NCBI GenBank assembly: GCA_963803975.1
Contig: CAWDOY010000011.1
Span: 1-18,979 of the forward strand
Length of the DNA stretch: 18,979 bases
Source of the DNA: an uncultured delta proteobacterium
GTDB lineage: Bacteria > Desulfobacterota > WTBG01 > CAIYCZ01
Direction of reading: 5' to 3'
Shown: piece by piece, positions 1 through 7,598 of the stretch
Layout: each line of letters starts with the position of its first letter
Position numbering within the stretch: the stretch's first letter is position 1
Position numbers and translations under genes: made by a program
The notes under the pieces: model-generated
What the model was told of the DNA's origin: nothing
Seen by the model: the letters and a program-made list of their open reading frames with translations, nothing else
Databases searched by the model: none

Positions 1-1
1 C

Positions 2-160
2 CATGATATTGCTGATATTGGCAAGTATGCTTCCAAACTGCTGTACCTGGATAAGAAAATTATATTTTATGGAAGCTTTGAAGATTTCTGCTCATCACCG
101 GATATGGCGAGCTACTTTGGCGAATTCGCCCAGCACCTCATCTGCCACCGGCATACGTAA
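2..160 (+). CDS. znuC: 3' end of metal (Zn/Mn) ABC transporter ATP-binding protein, ZnuC-like (partial, runs off the window start)
   Basis: Not in the ORF track. Frame 2 reads HDIADIGKYASKLLYLDKKIIFYGSFEDFCSSPDMASYFGEFAQHLICHRHT* (TAA 158-160). It has the H-switch 'HD', a His/Cys-rich tail, and a ZnuB-like permease downstream. Confidence 0.8.
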   Translation, partial: HDIADIGKYASKLLYLDKKIIFYGSFEDFCSSPDMASYFGEFAQHLICHRHT

Positions 161-166
161 TATCTT

Positions 167-197
167 TTCACCGCTGAGCACGCTGAGATCGCAGAGA
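167..197 (+). repeat. Left arm of inverted repeat flanking the GxxExxY gene; three 9-bp units CGC(T/A)GAG(CA/AT)
   Basis: TTCACCGCTGAGCACGCTGAGATCGCAGAGA matches the reverse complement of 594-624 at 27/31. Units lie at 172-180, 181-189 and 190-198. Confidence 0.9.
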
Positions 198-586
198 TGA
201 AAGCTGCAATAAATTCAATAACAGAAAGTATTATCAGTGCGGCAATTGCTGTTCATCGAGAGCTTGGTCCCGGGCTTTTGGAATCTGCTTATGAATCATG
301 TCTTGTTTATGAGTTACTGCAACAGGGTCTGACTGTTGAGCGGCAGAAGGCTTTGCCTGTTACATATCGGGGAGTAAAGATTGACTGCGGGTACCGTATC
401 GACCTGCTGGTAGAAGATGCCGTAATTGTTGAATTAAAGGCTGTGGAGAGTATAGAACCAATTCATGAAGCGCAGCTTTTGTCGTATCTAAAATTATCCG
501 GTTATCAGATTGGACTGCTTATTAATTTTAATGTAAGGATGCTGAAGCAGGGGATAAAAAGATTGGTAAATAACTTCAAAGAATAA
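197..586 (+). CDS. GxxExxY family protein (PD-(D/E)XK nuclease fold)
   Basis: Signature LGPGLLESAY (G-x-x-E-x-x-Y), catalytic-type motif RIDLLVE...IVELKAV, and C-terminal QLLSYLKLSG...GLLINFN; 129 aa. Confidence 0.95.
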   Translation: MKAAINSITESIISAAIAVHRELGPGLLESAYESCLVYELLQQGLTVERQKALPVTYRGVKIDCGYRIDLLVEDAVIVELKAVESIEPIHEAQLLSYLKLSGYQIGLLINFNVRMLKQGIKRLVNNFKE

Positions 587-593
587 TTGTTTT

Positions 594-624
594 TCTCTGC
601 GGTCTCAGCGATCTCTGCGGTGAA
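594..624 (-). repeat. Right arm of inverted repeat flanking the GxxExxY gene
   Basis: TCTCTGCGGTCTCAGCGATCTCTGCGGTGAA; its reverse complement matches 167-197 at 27/31. Confidence 0.9.
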
Positions 625-631
625 GTATATA

Positions 632-1444
632 ATGGAACTGATCAATTTTTTAAGCTACGGTTTTATCCAGCGGGCCCTGATTGCCGGCTCCTTTATCGGC
701 CTGCTCTGCTCCCTGCTCGGGGTTTTCCTGGTGCTCAGGCGCCTGTCCCTGATCGGGGACGGGCTCGCCCACGTAACCTTCGGCAGCATAGCGCTCGGGC
801 TGCTGCTTAATTTTTATCCGCTGTATATAGCCATTCCCGTGGTCATGCTCTGCTCTCTGGGAATTCTAAAACTGATGGAACGGGCGCGGCTTTACGGGGA
901 TGCCGCGATCGGCATCGTGTCGTCGGTGGGGATTGCCGGAGGCACGCTGATGGCAAGCCTTGCCGGCGGGTTTAATGTTGACCTGTTCAGCTATCTGTTT
1001 GGCAATATACTGGCAATAAGCACAACCGAGGTAGGTATCTCCATGGCGCTTTCCGGGGCGGTAATCATAACCATCGCGGTTTTTTATAATGAACTCTTTT
1101 CCCTGACCTTTGATGAAGAATTTGCCCGGGCCACCGGCATCAGGACTGAGAGAATAAATACGGTATTCATTCTTGCAACCGCCCTGACCGTTGTGCTTGC
1201 CACGCGGGTCGTCGGCATACTGCTGGTATCATCGCTTTTAATACTTCCCGCGGTGACCTCCCTGCAGCTGGCAAAGGGCTTTAAAATTGCCATAGTCATT
1301 TCCTGTATTACCGGGGTCCTGTCGGTGATTGCCGGCATTGTCGTCTCGTTTCTGATGAATCTTCCGGCTGGTGCAACTATCGTCATGCTTAACCTGCTTT
1401 TTTTCATTGCAGCCTTTATCTATCGAAGCGTGCACCGCGCATAG
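632..1444 (+). CDS. znuB: Metal (Zn/Mn) ABC transporter permease, ZnuB-like
   Basis: ABC-3 permease motifs LGVFLVLRRLSLIGDGLAH, LFSYLFGNIL, FDEEFARATG and VVGILLVSSLLILPA. The start is placed at ATG 632 (MELINFLSY) because the 587-631 extension translates the repeat arm. Confidence 0.92.
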   Translation: MELINFLSYGFIQRALIAGSFIGLLCSLLGVFLVLRRLSLIGDGLAHVTFGSIALGLLLNFYPLYIAIPVVMLCSLGILKLMERARLYGDAAIGIVSSVGIAGGTLMASLAGGFNVDLFSYLFGNILAISTTEVGISMALSGAVIITIAVFYNELFSLTFDEEFARATGIRTERINTVFILATALTVVLATRVVGILLVSSLLILPAVTSLQLAKGFKIAIVISCITGVLSVIAGIVVSFLMNLPAGATIVMLNLLFFIAAFIYRSVHRA

Positions 1445-1459
1445 GGGCAACCTTTTTGC

Positions 1460-1489
1460 TTGACAGGGAAAAGTCTCTTCCCCTATATT
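1460..1489 (+). promoter_or_regulatory. Putative sigma70 promoter for the DUF3015-DUF4105 genes
   Basis: TTGACA (1460-1465), 18-bp spacer, TATATT (1484-1489). Confidence 0.55.
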
Positions 1490-1546
1490 TTTCAGAAAAA
1501 GTGTGTTTGCAGAAACAGGACATGCCTGTTATGATTTAAGAGAATT

Positions 1547-1642
1547 TCTAATAATTCCCAATCTGTCGCTCCCGCGAAAGCCGGAGTCCGGTAATTTCAA
1601 TTGGCTATAGATTCCCGTTTCCACGGGAATGACATTATTAGA
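1547..1642. repeat. REP/dRS3-like bipartite palindromic element (GTCATTCCC...GGGAATGAC family)
   Basis: Degenerate left unit GTCGCTCCCGCGAAAGCCGGAGTCC (1565-1589); right unit ATTCCC-N8-GGGAAT-GAC (1611-1633); outer 9-bp IR TCTAATAAT (1547-1555) / ATTATTAGA (1634-1642). Confidence 0.75.
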
Positions 1643-1763
1643 GGCAGCCTTACTATTATTATATTACGAATGATGCTCAGGAGGAGGTGATAGCGGCAGC
1701 AGTAAACTGCTCTGGAAAATCGTTGCGTAACATAATCTAAAATTTAACCAAGGAGGAACTACC

Positions 1764-2231
1764 ATGAAAAAGATACTGCTTGCATTATTCATCTGTGCTG
1801 TTGCCTGTAATCTTGCTTACGCGGGAGTCGAGCTGAAAAAGAACTGCGGCTGCGGGATGGGCTCGATCCTGTTTGAAAACAACGAGGGCCTCATGTCACA
1901 AACCGCTGCCGCCACCACCAACGGCCTGTTCGGCAACCAGACCTTCGGCATCAGCTCGGGGACCCTTGAATGCAATCAGCCGGCGGCATTTTACGGCAGC
2001 CTGATGCTGCACCGGTTTGTGGCGGAAAACATGGATAACCTGGCAAAGGACATTTCCCGGGGCCAGGGCGAATCACTTGAAACGCTTGCGGTATTAATGG
2101 GGGTGCCGCCGCCGCAGCGCGGCGAGTTCAGCGCAAAGCTGCAGTCCAACTTTGGCCGCATCTTTACCTCACCCCAGGTGACTGAAGAAGAAGTGGTCGC
2201 CAATATCGTTACCGTAACGAAAACCACATAA
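1764..2231 (+). CDS. DUF3015 family exported protein
   Basis: Signal peptide (MKKILLALF...AYA), motifs GCGMGS, AATTNG..GNQTFGISSGTLEC and LAKDISRGQGESLETLA, and SD AAGGAGG upstream. Confidence 0.85.
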   Translation: MKKILLALFICAVACNLAYAGVELKKNCGCGMGSILFENNEGLMSQTAAATTNGLFGNQTFGISSGTLECNQPAAFYGSLMLHRFVAENMDNLAKDISRGQGESLETLAVLMGVPPPQRGEFSAKLQSNFGRIFTSPQVTEEEVVANIVTVTKTT

Positions 2232-2233
2232 CA

Positions 2234-4177
2234 GTGCATTTCAAAGTTACACCGGTAAGCAAGAAGAGATATAGATTGTTACGGCAATCCATATCTCTTC
2301 TTTTGTTTTTTGCTGTTTTCTTCTGTGCTGCCGGAGTTAATCATGTCCTCGGCGCAGATACGGCCTATGTCAATTACCTGCTTAACGAGGCTGCGCAGAA
2401 AAAGCTCCACAACGAGCGCTACTGGCATATCCTGCTGCACTACAAAAAAACTTTGCGCGGCGCGGAGAGCGTCATCGACGACCCGCGCTTTTTCCTCGCC
2501 CATGATGGAAAATATAATCCGCAGGCCGAGCTTGAGGCAACGCTGCGCGCGTTTTTTAATCCGCCTGATGACCCGGCCAATCCGCCGCTATGCCGGTTTA
2601 TTGCCCGCTATACGTGGCTCAGGGAGCAGCTGGGGTTTGACGAAGCAAAGCTTCCCATTGCTTCCTGCCGGAAATTTGAAAAGACCATGGAGGTTATCAG
2701 GCCGAAAGCAGCAACGCTCATCTTTCCTGCTGCCTACATGAACAATCCGGCGTCCATGTTCGGCCACACCTTCATCAATATCGAAACCGAAAACAGAAGC
2801 AAGCTCCTCTCCCATGCGGTCAATTATTCGGCGTTTACCAATGAAACCAATGGACTGGTATTCGCGCTCAAGGGCCTGAGCGGATTTTACAAGGGGTATT
2901 TTTCAATTCTGCCCTATTATGAAAAGGTTCAGGAATACAGCGACATTAATCAGCGTGATATCTGGGAGTACCGCCTCAACTTTATTGAAGCTGAAGTGAA
3001 CAGAATGGTCATGCACATCTGGGAGCTGCAGGGGATATATTCATACTACTATTTTTTTGATGAGAACTGTTCCTACCATATCCTCTTTCTTCTGGAAGCA
3101 GCCCGGCCGTCGCTGCACCTCACCGACCGGCCCAACCGGTGGGTCATCCCCATTGACACGGTCAGGTCGCTGCAGGATGCCGGCGTCATTGAGTCAGCTG
3201 AGTACCGGCCGTCACGGGCGACAAAGATACGATACAACGCTTCGTCCCTGAACAGGCCTCAGCAGGCTGCTGCCATCGGCCTTAGCCGGGGAGCTATTGA
3301 TCCTGAGAGCATACTGCGGCAGGATATCCCTGAGCGGGACAAGAAAGGGATGCTTGATTTAGCTGCTGAATATCTGCAGTACTCCTATGTAAAAAAAGAG
3401 ATTGTCAAAGACCGCTATACCGCGCTTTTTCTCAGGCTTTTAAAGGCCCGCAGCACGCTGGGAAATAAGGCCGCTCTGCCGCCGGAGCCGCCCGCGCCTG
3501 CCGACCCAATGCAGGGGCATAACTCGAACCGGCTGGCCCTTGGCTTCGGGGTAAAGAAGGGGACGTGGTTTGAGGAAATACGCCTGCGGCCCGCCTATCA
3601 CACGCTCCTCGATTATGACGCAGGCTATGAGCGGGGCGCGCAGATACAGTTTATGAACGCGGCGCTGCGCTACTACAGCGCGAAGAATGACGTGCAGCTG
3701 AAAAGCCTGGACGTGATTGACATCATCTCTCTCTCCCCGCGGGACCTGCTCTTTAAGCCCCTTTCATGGAAAGTGAAAACAGGGTTCCGGCAGCAGCTTT
3801 TGCAGGATGGAGACGACCATCTTGTCTATCAGCTGAATACCGGCGGCGGGTTTGCCTATACCAGTAAATCCATCGGGCTCTATTACGCCATGGTTGAAGG
3901 GGACGTTAACCTGTCAGGGTCTTTTAAGGAAAATTATGCGCTGGGCATTGGCGCATCAGCCGGATTAAAAAAGAATGTTACTGACTGGTGGACCATGCTT
4001 CTTGAAGCACGATCATTATATTATGGCCTGGGGGATGAGCACAAAACTTTTGCGCTGTCCATGAAACAAAATATTGCCCTGAGCGCGCAACGCAGCTTTT
4101 CCTGGGAGGTTTCGAGAACTAAAACATTTGGCATCTATGAGACGGACGCAGTGTTTATGTGGAATCTCTATTTTTAA
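2234..4177 (+). CDS. DUF4105 (Lnb N-terminal-like, permuted papain/NlpC-P60) domain protein with probable C-terminal outer-membrane beta-barrel
   Basis: W..LLHY, FFLA.DGK.NP.AEL.AT, CRFIARY.WL, PASMFGHT (His), RDIWEY.LN and YYFFDENCSY (Cys). The C-terminal region is amphipathic beta-rich and ends in Phe (WNLYF). The exact start is uncertain. Confidence 0.85.
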   Translation: MHFKVTPVSKKRYRLLRQSISLLLFFAVFFCAAGVNHVLGADTAYVNYLLNEAAQKKLHNERYWHILLHYKKTLRGAESVIDDPRFFLAHDGKYNPQAELEATLRAFFNPPDDPANPPLCRFIARYTWLREQLGFDEAKLPIASCRKFEKTMEVIRPKAATLIFPAAYMNNPASMFGHTFINIETENRSKLLSHAVNYSAFTNETNGLVFALKGLSGFYKGYFSILPYYEKVQEYSDINQRDIWEYRLNFIEAEVNRMVMHIWELQGIYSYYYFFDENCSYHILFLLEAARPSLHLTDRPNRWVIPIDTVRSLQDAGVIESAEYRPSRATKIRYNASSLNRPQQAAAIGLSRGAIDPESILRQDIPERDKKGMLDLAAEYLQYSYVKKEIVKDRYTALFLRLLKARSTLGNKAALPPEPPAPADPMQGHNSNRLALGFGVKKGTWFEEIRLRPAYHTLLDYDAGYERGAQIQFMNAALRYYSAKNDVQLKSLDVIDIISLSPRDLLFKPLSWKVKTGFRQQLLQDGDDHLVYQLNTGGGFAYTSKSIGLYYAMVEGDVNLSGSFKENYALGIGASAGLKKNVTDWWTMLLEARSLYYGLGDEHKTFALSMKQNIALSAQRSFSWEVSRTKTFGIYETDAVFMWNLYF

Positions 4178-4242
4178 ACTGTTTTATTATTTATAAAAAA
4201 ATGGTACGCCTTTTCTAAATAGAACCATGGGAGTGCAAGCAC

Positions 4243-4626
4243 ATGTCACCAAAAAAAATGCCGGCACCGGTTAATGGGCCGGATGCAAGTATCGAGGAGC
4301 TGCGGCGCGAGCGGGAGCGCCGCGCAAAGACCTATCGGGAGCGGGCGCTCAAGCTGTTTCCCTGGATCTGCGGACGCTGCAGCCGCGAATTCGAAGGCAA
4401 GCGGCTGCGCGAGCTGACCGTCCATCACCGGGACCACAACCACGACAACAACCCGCCTGACGGCAGCAACTGGGAGCTTTTGTGCATCTACTGTCACGAC
4501 AATGAGCACGCGCGCTATGTGGATGCGGAATTTTCCAGCGGTCCGACGACGGGCGGCACGCCGGAGCCGGCATCCACCTTCAAGCCGTTCGCTGATCTCG
4601 CGTCCCTGCTGAAGAAAAAAAAATAG
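4243..4626 (+). CDS. yajD: YajD family HNH nuclease
   Basis: YRERALKLFPWICGRCSREF...LTVHHRDHNHDNNPPDGSNWELLCIYCHDNEH and C-terminal PFADL..LLK are characteristic of YajD. Confidence 0.85.
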   Translation: MSPKKMPAPVNGPDASIEELRRERERRAKTYRERALKLFPWICGRCSREFEGKRLRELTVHHRDHNHDNNPPDGSNWELLCIYCHDNEHARYVDAEFSSGPTTGGTPEPASTFKPFADLASLLKKKK

Positions 4627-4793
4627 GCAGAAGATGGCAAAACATACAAGACAGCTTTTTATCAGTCTCGACATGATTATATCTGTCGGGTATCGGCGCT
4701 AAAACACCTGCAAAGACAGAACTCTATCAAATAATCGCTGATCTGGCTGAATAGCATAGCAGCGGCGTGAAACGCCATATTGCACGGATAGTT

Positions 4794-4959
4794 CCCGAAT
4801 CCCGACACGTTCGACCGTTCGACAGGCTCACGGCTCACCGCAAGCGAGCCCCGAGCACGGTCACGATTGTTATCGGATCAACGATTGCTGATCGCTGAAA
4901 GCTGACGGCTGAAAGCTATTTTGCACGAATCCCGAACCCCGAACCACGAGTCCACGAAC
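4794..4959 (+). repeat. Stack of C-rich heptamer arrays with an embedded REP-like element
   Basis: CCCGAAT/CCCGACA (4794-4807); REP-like 4808-4848; GCTGA(T/A/C)N x4 (4887-4914); CACGAAT-CCCGAAC-CCCGAAC-CACGAGT-C-CACGAAC (4924-4959). Confidence 0.85.
4811..4836 (+). repeat. REP-like element (TTCGACAGGCTCA family), copy 1
   Basis: TCGACCGTTCGACAGGCTCACGGCTC is the exact 26-bp reverse complement of 7081-7106. Confidence 0.9.
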
Positions 4960-4976
4960 TTTACAAGGAGTAAGCC

Positions 4977-5651
4977 ATGAACATAGTCGCTATTAACGGA
5001 AGCCCCACGGGCCTGCAGGGCTCTACCGGCCGGCTGCTCGCGGCCCTTGCAGACGGCGCGCGCGAGGCAGGCGCCGCGGTTACGCTGTTTGAGCTGGGCT
5101 CGCTCACCGTCAAACCCTGCAACAGCTGCCGCACCTGCCAGCAGATCGGCACCTGTGTCATAAACGATGATTACACGCAGATAAAGGCCGCCATGCTCGC
5201 CGCTGACGGGATAGTGCTCGCGAGCCCCAACTATATATCCAATGTCAGCGCCCAGATGAAGGCGCTTCTTGACCGCTGCTTCAGCATGTTCCACTGCCAG
5301 ATGCTCCACAAAAAATACGGCGCCTGCGTGGTGGCATCAGGCGGCCCGCTCTATCAGAACGTAGAGGAATACCTGCTGCACGTGGTCGGCAACAGCGGCT
5401 GCTGGAAGGTGGGGAGCGCGGCGACCGGAGGCGGGCTGCTTGATGATTCGGGCGAAGCGCCGGAAGTGCTTGCCGCTGCGCGCGATCTTGGCAAAAGACT
5501 TGCCGAGGCGATCAAAACGCAGCAGCGCTTTCCCGAGCAGGAGGAGGAGCGGGAGCAGTGCTTTGAGATGATGCGCTGGCTGGTAGAGGAGAATAAGGAC
5601 AAGTGGCCGTATGAATATGAATACTGGCAGACGCACTGGGGCAAAGCTTAA
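4977..5651 (+). CDS. Flavodoxin family / iron-sulfur flavoprotein (NADPH-dependent FMN reductase fold)
   Basis: N-terminal IVAINGSP, the CxxCxxCx5C cluster motif CNSCRTCQQIGTC, ADGIVLASPNY and QMKALLDR; SD AAGGAG. Confidence 0.9.
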   Translation: MNIVAINGSPTGLQGSTGRLLAALADGAREAGAAVTLFELGSLTVKPCNSCRTCQQIGTCVINDDYTQIKAAMLAADGIVLASPNYISNVSAQMKALLDRCFSMFHCQMLHKKYGACVVASGGPLYQNVEEYLLHVVGNSGCWKVGSAATGGGLLDDSGEAPEVLAAARDLGKRLAEAIKTQQRFPEQEEEREQCFEMMRWLVEENKDKWPYEYEYWQTHWGKA

Positions 5652-5728
5652 GCCCCGCGCCCTGCAGCGGCAAGTATTTTTCCCGCCGGTGCCGGAGTAA
5701 CATTTTTAAATCTGCAGCCTTTTGCTGC

Positions 5729-5830
5729 TATTCAAGTTACATGAATAAGACCCGGCTTGAGGTCAGGTTATTCAATAATACTTGAATAACGCCCGGCTTA
5801 TTGTTATGTTATTCAAGAAAACTTGAATAA
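5729..5830. promoter_or_regulatory. Three ~40-bp-spaced palindromes TTATTCAA-N6-TTGAATAA; putative operator array of the Fic-HTH gene
   Basis: TATTCAAGTTACATGAATA (5729-5747), GTTATTCAATAATACTTGAATAAC (5767-5790) and TTATTCAAGAAAACTTGAATAA (5809-5830). Both linkers contain CCCGGCTT. Confidence 0.7.
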
Positions 5831-5838
5831 GGGAAATC

Positions 5839-6988
5839 ATGGCTATGAGGACTAGCGGAACCTATATAAAACAGACTACCGGCTACAGGGCTTTTATTCC
5901 CGCCCCGCTGCCTCCCCGGCCGTCGATAAAACTTGATGGCAAACAGCAGCGGCTTCTTTCACAGGCAGACATGGCCCTGGCGCGGCTCGACGGACTGGGT
6001 CAGGTTCTCCCCGGCGCCGACCTGTTTATCTCCATGTACGTCAGAAAGGAGGCCCTTCTCAGCTCACAGATAGAGGGTACCCAGGCTTCACTTGAAGACC
6101 TTTTTGAATTTGAACGCGGAGAAAAACCGGAAAATATCAATGATGTTGCGGAGGTTGTAAACTATATCAAGGCATTACAGTACGGTATGCAGCGACTGGA
6201 CCGTTTTCCCATGAGCCTCCGCTTAATAAAAGAAATTCACCGGACCCTGCTGGAAGGGACGCGCGGGGGAAGCAAAACTCCCGGGGCATTCAGAAAATCG
6301 CAAAACTGGATCGGTCCTCCGGGCTGTACGCTCAATAATGCAGCGTTTGTTCCTCCCCCTCCGCATGAAGCAGACCGGGCCATGGGTGATCTTGAAAAAT
6401 ACATGCATAAGGCCGCGCACTTCCCCGTACTTATTGACTGCGCCCTTATGCACTATCAGTTTGAGACGATTCACCCCTTCCTGGATGGCAATGGCAGGCT
6501 GGGGCGGCTTCTGATTTCATTTTATCTCTACTGGAAAGGGGTATTACATAAGCCGCTTCTGTACCTGAGTTTTTTCCTGAAAAAATACCGGCAGGAATAT
6601 TATGACCGTCTGAACATGGTACGGGAGAACGGGGATTATGAGCAGTGGATCGCTTTTTTCCTGCAAGGAGTTGCAGAGACCGCGGCGTCTGCCGTCGACA
6701 CTGCAAAAAAAATTCTGGAGCTGCAGAACAGCCATCGAAACCTTCTCTGGCAGAAAAAAATTTCCTCACCTCTCGCGGTCGGTATACTGGAGAAGCTGTT
6801 TTATACCCCGTATGTGTCGGTAAATGACCTCGCAAAAGAATTCCGGATTTCCTTTCAGGCCGCGGCAACCCTGGTAACGCAGCTGGAAGGTGCCGGAATC
6901 CTCAGCGAAGTAACAGGCAGAAAGCGGGATAAGCGGTATATCTATAAGCAGTATCTGTTCAATCCTTGAAGAAGGCACGAAACCATAA
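5839..6988 (+). CDS. Fic family protein (N-terminal DUF4172-like region, C-terminal winged HTH)
   Basis: Fic motif HPFLDGNGRLGR and N-terminal inhibitory motif SSQIEG. The ORF as given stops at 6969 (YLFNP*); removing one base near 6958 gives the family-like ending YLSILEEGTKP* at 6988. Confidence 0.9.
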
Positions 6989-7030
6989 CGGCCCGGGCTG
7001 ACCGCAAGCGAGTCACTGGTCATGCTTTTT

Positions 7031-7163
7031 TAGTGATGCGCTGGCTGGCACCTTTATTGCGGTGCCCCTATGCCTGCCCCGAGCCGTGAGCCTGTCGAAC
7101 GGTCGAGGGGTGCCTGTGTGCCTTGTTATCACTAGTCACCAGCCACTAATCACTATCCACTAT
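7031..7163. repeat. Nested repeat cluster: heptamer IR arms around a REP-like element
   Basis: TAGTGAT..TGGCTGG (7031-7048) can pair with CCAGCCA..ATCACTA (7139-7155). Five heptamers (T/C)CAC(T/C)A(G/A/T) lie at 7129-7163. A REP-like segment 7076-7110 sits between TGCCT copies at 7071-7075 and 7111-7115. Confidence 0.75.
7081..7106 (-). repeat. REP-like element (TTCGACAGGCTCA family), copy 2
   Basis: GAGCCGTGAGCCTGTCGAACGGTCGA is the exact reverse complement of 4811-4836. Confidence 0.9.
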
Positions 7164-7165
7164 TT

Positions 7166-7591
7166 ATGACCATCCACGTCGCCTGCGCGATCATAGAAGA
7201 AAACGGCAGGGTGCTCGCGGCACAGCGGAATGAGTTCGGCCGCATGCCGCTCAAGTGGGAGTTTCCGGGCGGAAAAATCCATGTGAACGAGAGCCCGGAG
7301 GAATGCCTGAAGAGGGAAGTGATGGAGGAAATGGGTGCGCTTCTTGAAATCCGCCGCCCGCTTCCCCCGGCAAGCCATGATTACGCTGACTTTTCAGTGA
7401 CGCTCTATCCTTTTGTCTGTTCCCTCGTAACAAAAGAGATAACCCTGCATGAGCACAAAGCCGTCAAATGGCTTTTACCCGATGAGCTGCTTTCTGTTGA
7501 CTGGGCGGAAGCGGATATACCCATTATCAAGGCGTATCTGGAGGGTATTGATGGAGACGTTACGGTAAAAAATGAGCGCTGTTGTCCCTGA
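7166..7591 (+). CDS. NUDIX (d)NTP pyrophosphohydrolase, MutT/NudG-like
   Basis: Nudix box GGKIHVNESPEECLKREVMEEMG preceded by KWEFP, and C-terminal LHEH..VKWL...L..VDWA.AD.P. Confidence 0.92.
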   Translation: MTIHVACAIIEENGRVLAAQRNEFGRMPLKWEFPGGKIHVNESPEECLKREVMEEMGALLEIRRPLPPASHDYADFSVTLYPFVCSLVTKEITLHEHKAVKWLLPDELLSVDWAEADIPIIKAYLEGIDGDVTVKNERCCP

Positions 7592-7598
7592 TTTCTAA

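Noticed and set aside
3..200. 65-aa ORF from the track
   Set aside because: It is an off-frame shadow; frame 2 (2-160) encodes the recognisable ZnuC C-terminus.
587..631. N-terminal extension MFFSAVSAISAVKYI of ZnuB
   Set aside because: It is the translation of the 9-bp repeat arm; the permease-like sequence begins at ATG 632.
1678..1712. SD-like GGAGGAGGTGA and small hairpin upstream of DUF3015
   Set aside because: No start codon lies at a suitable spacing, and I could not support a small ORF or a known RNA motif.
5729..5830. Possible mini-CRISPR array (palindromic repeats with spacers)
   Set aside because: There are only three imperfect ~22-bp repeats, the linkers are ~19 bp and similar to each other, no cas genes are in the window, and the position fits an operator array.
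4811..7106. IS element or composite transposon defined by the 26-bp IRs
   Set aside because: There is no transposase or integrase inside or nearby and no shared target duplication outside the pair; kept only as REP-like repeats.
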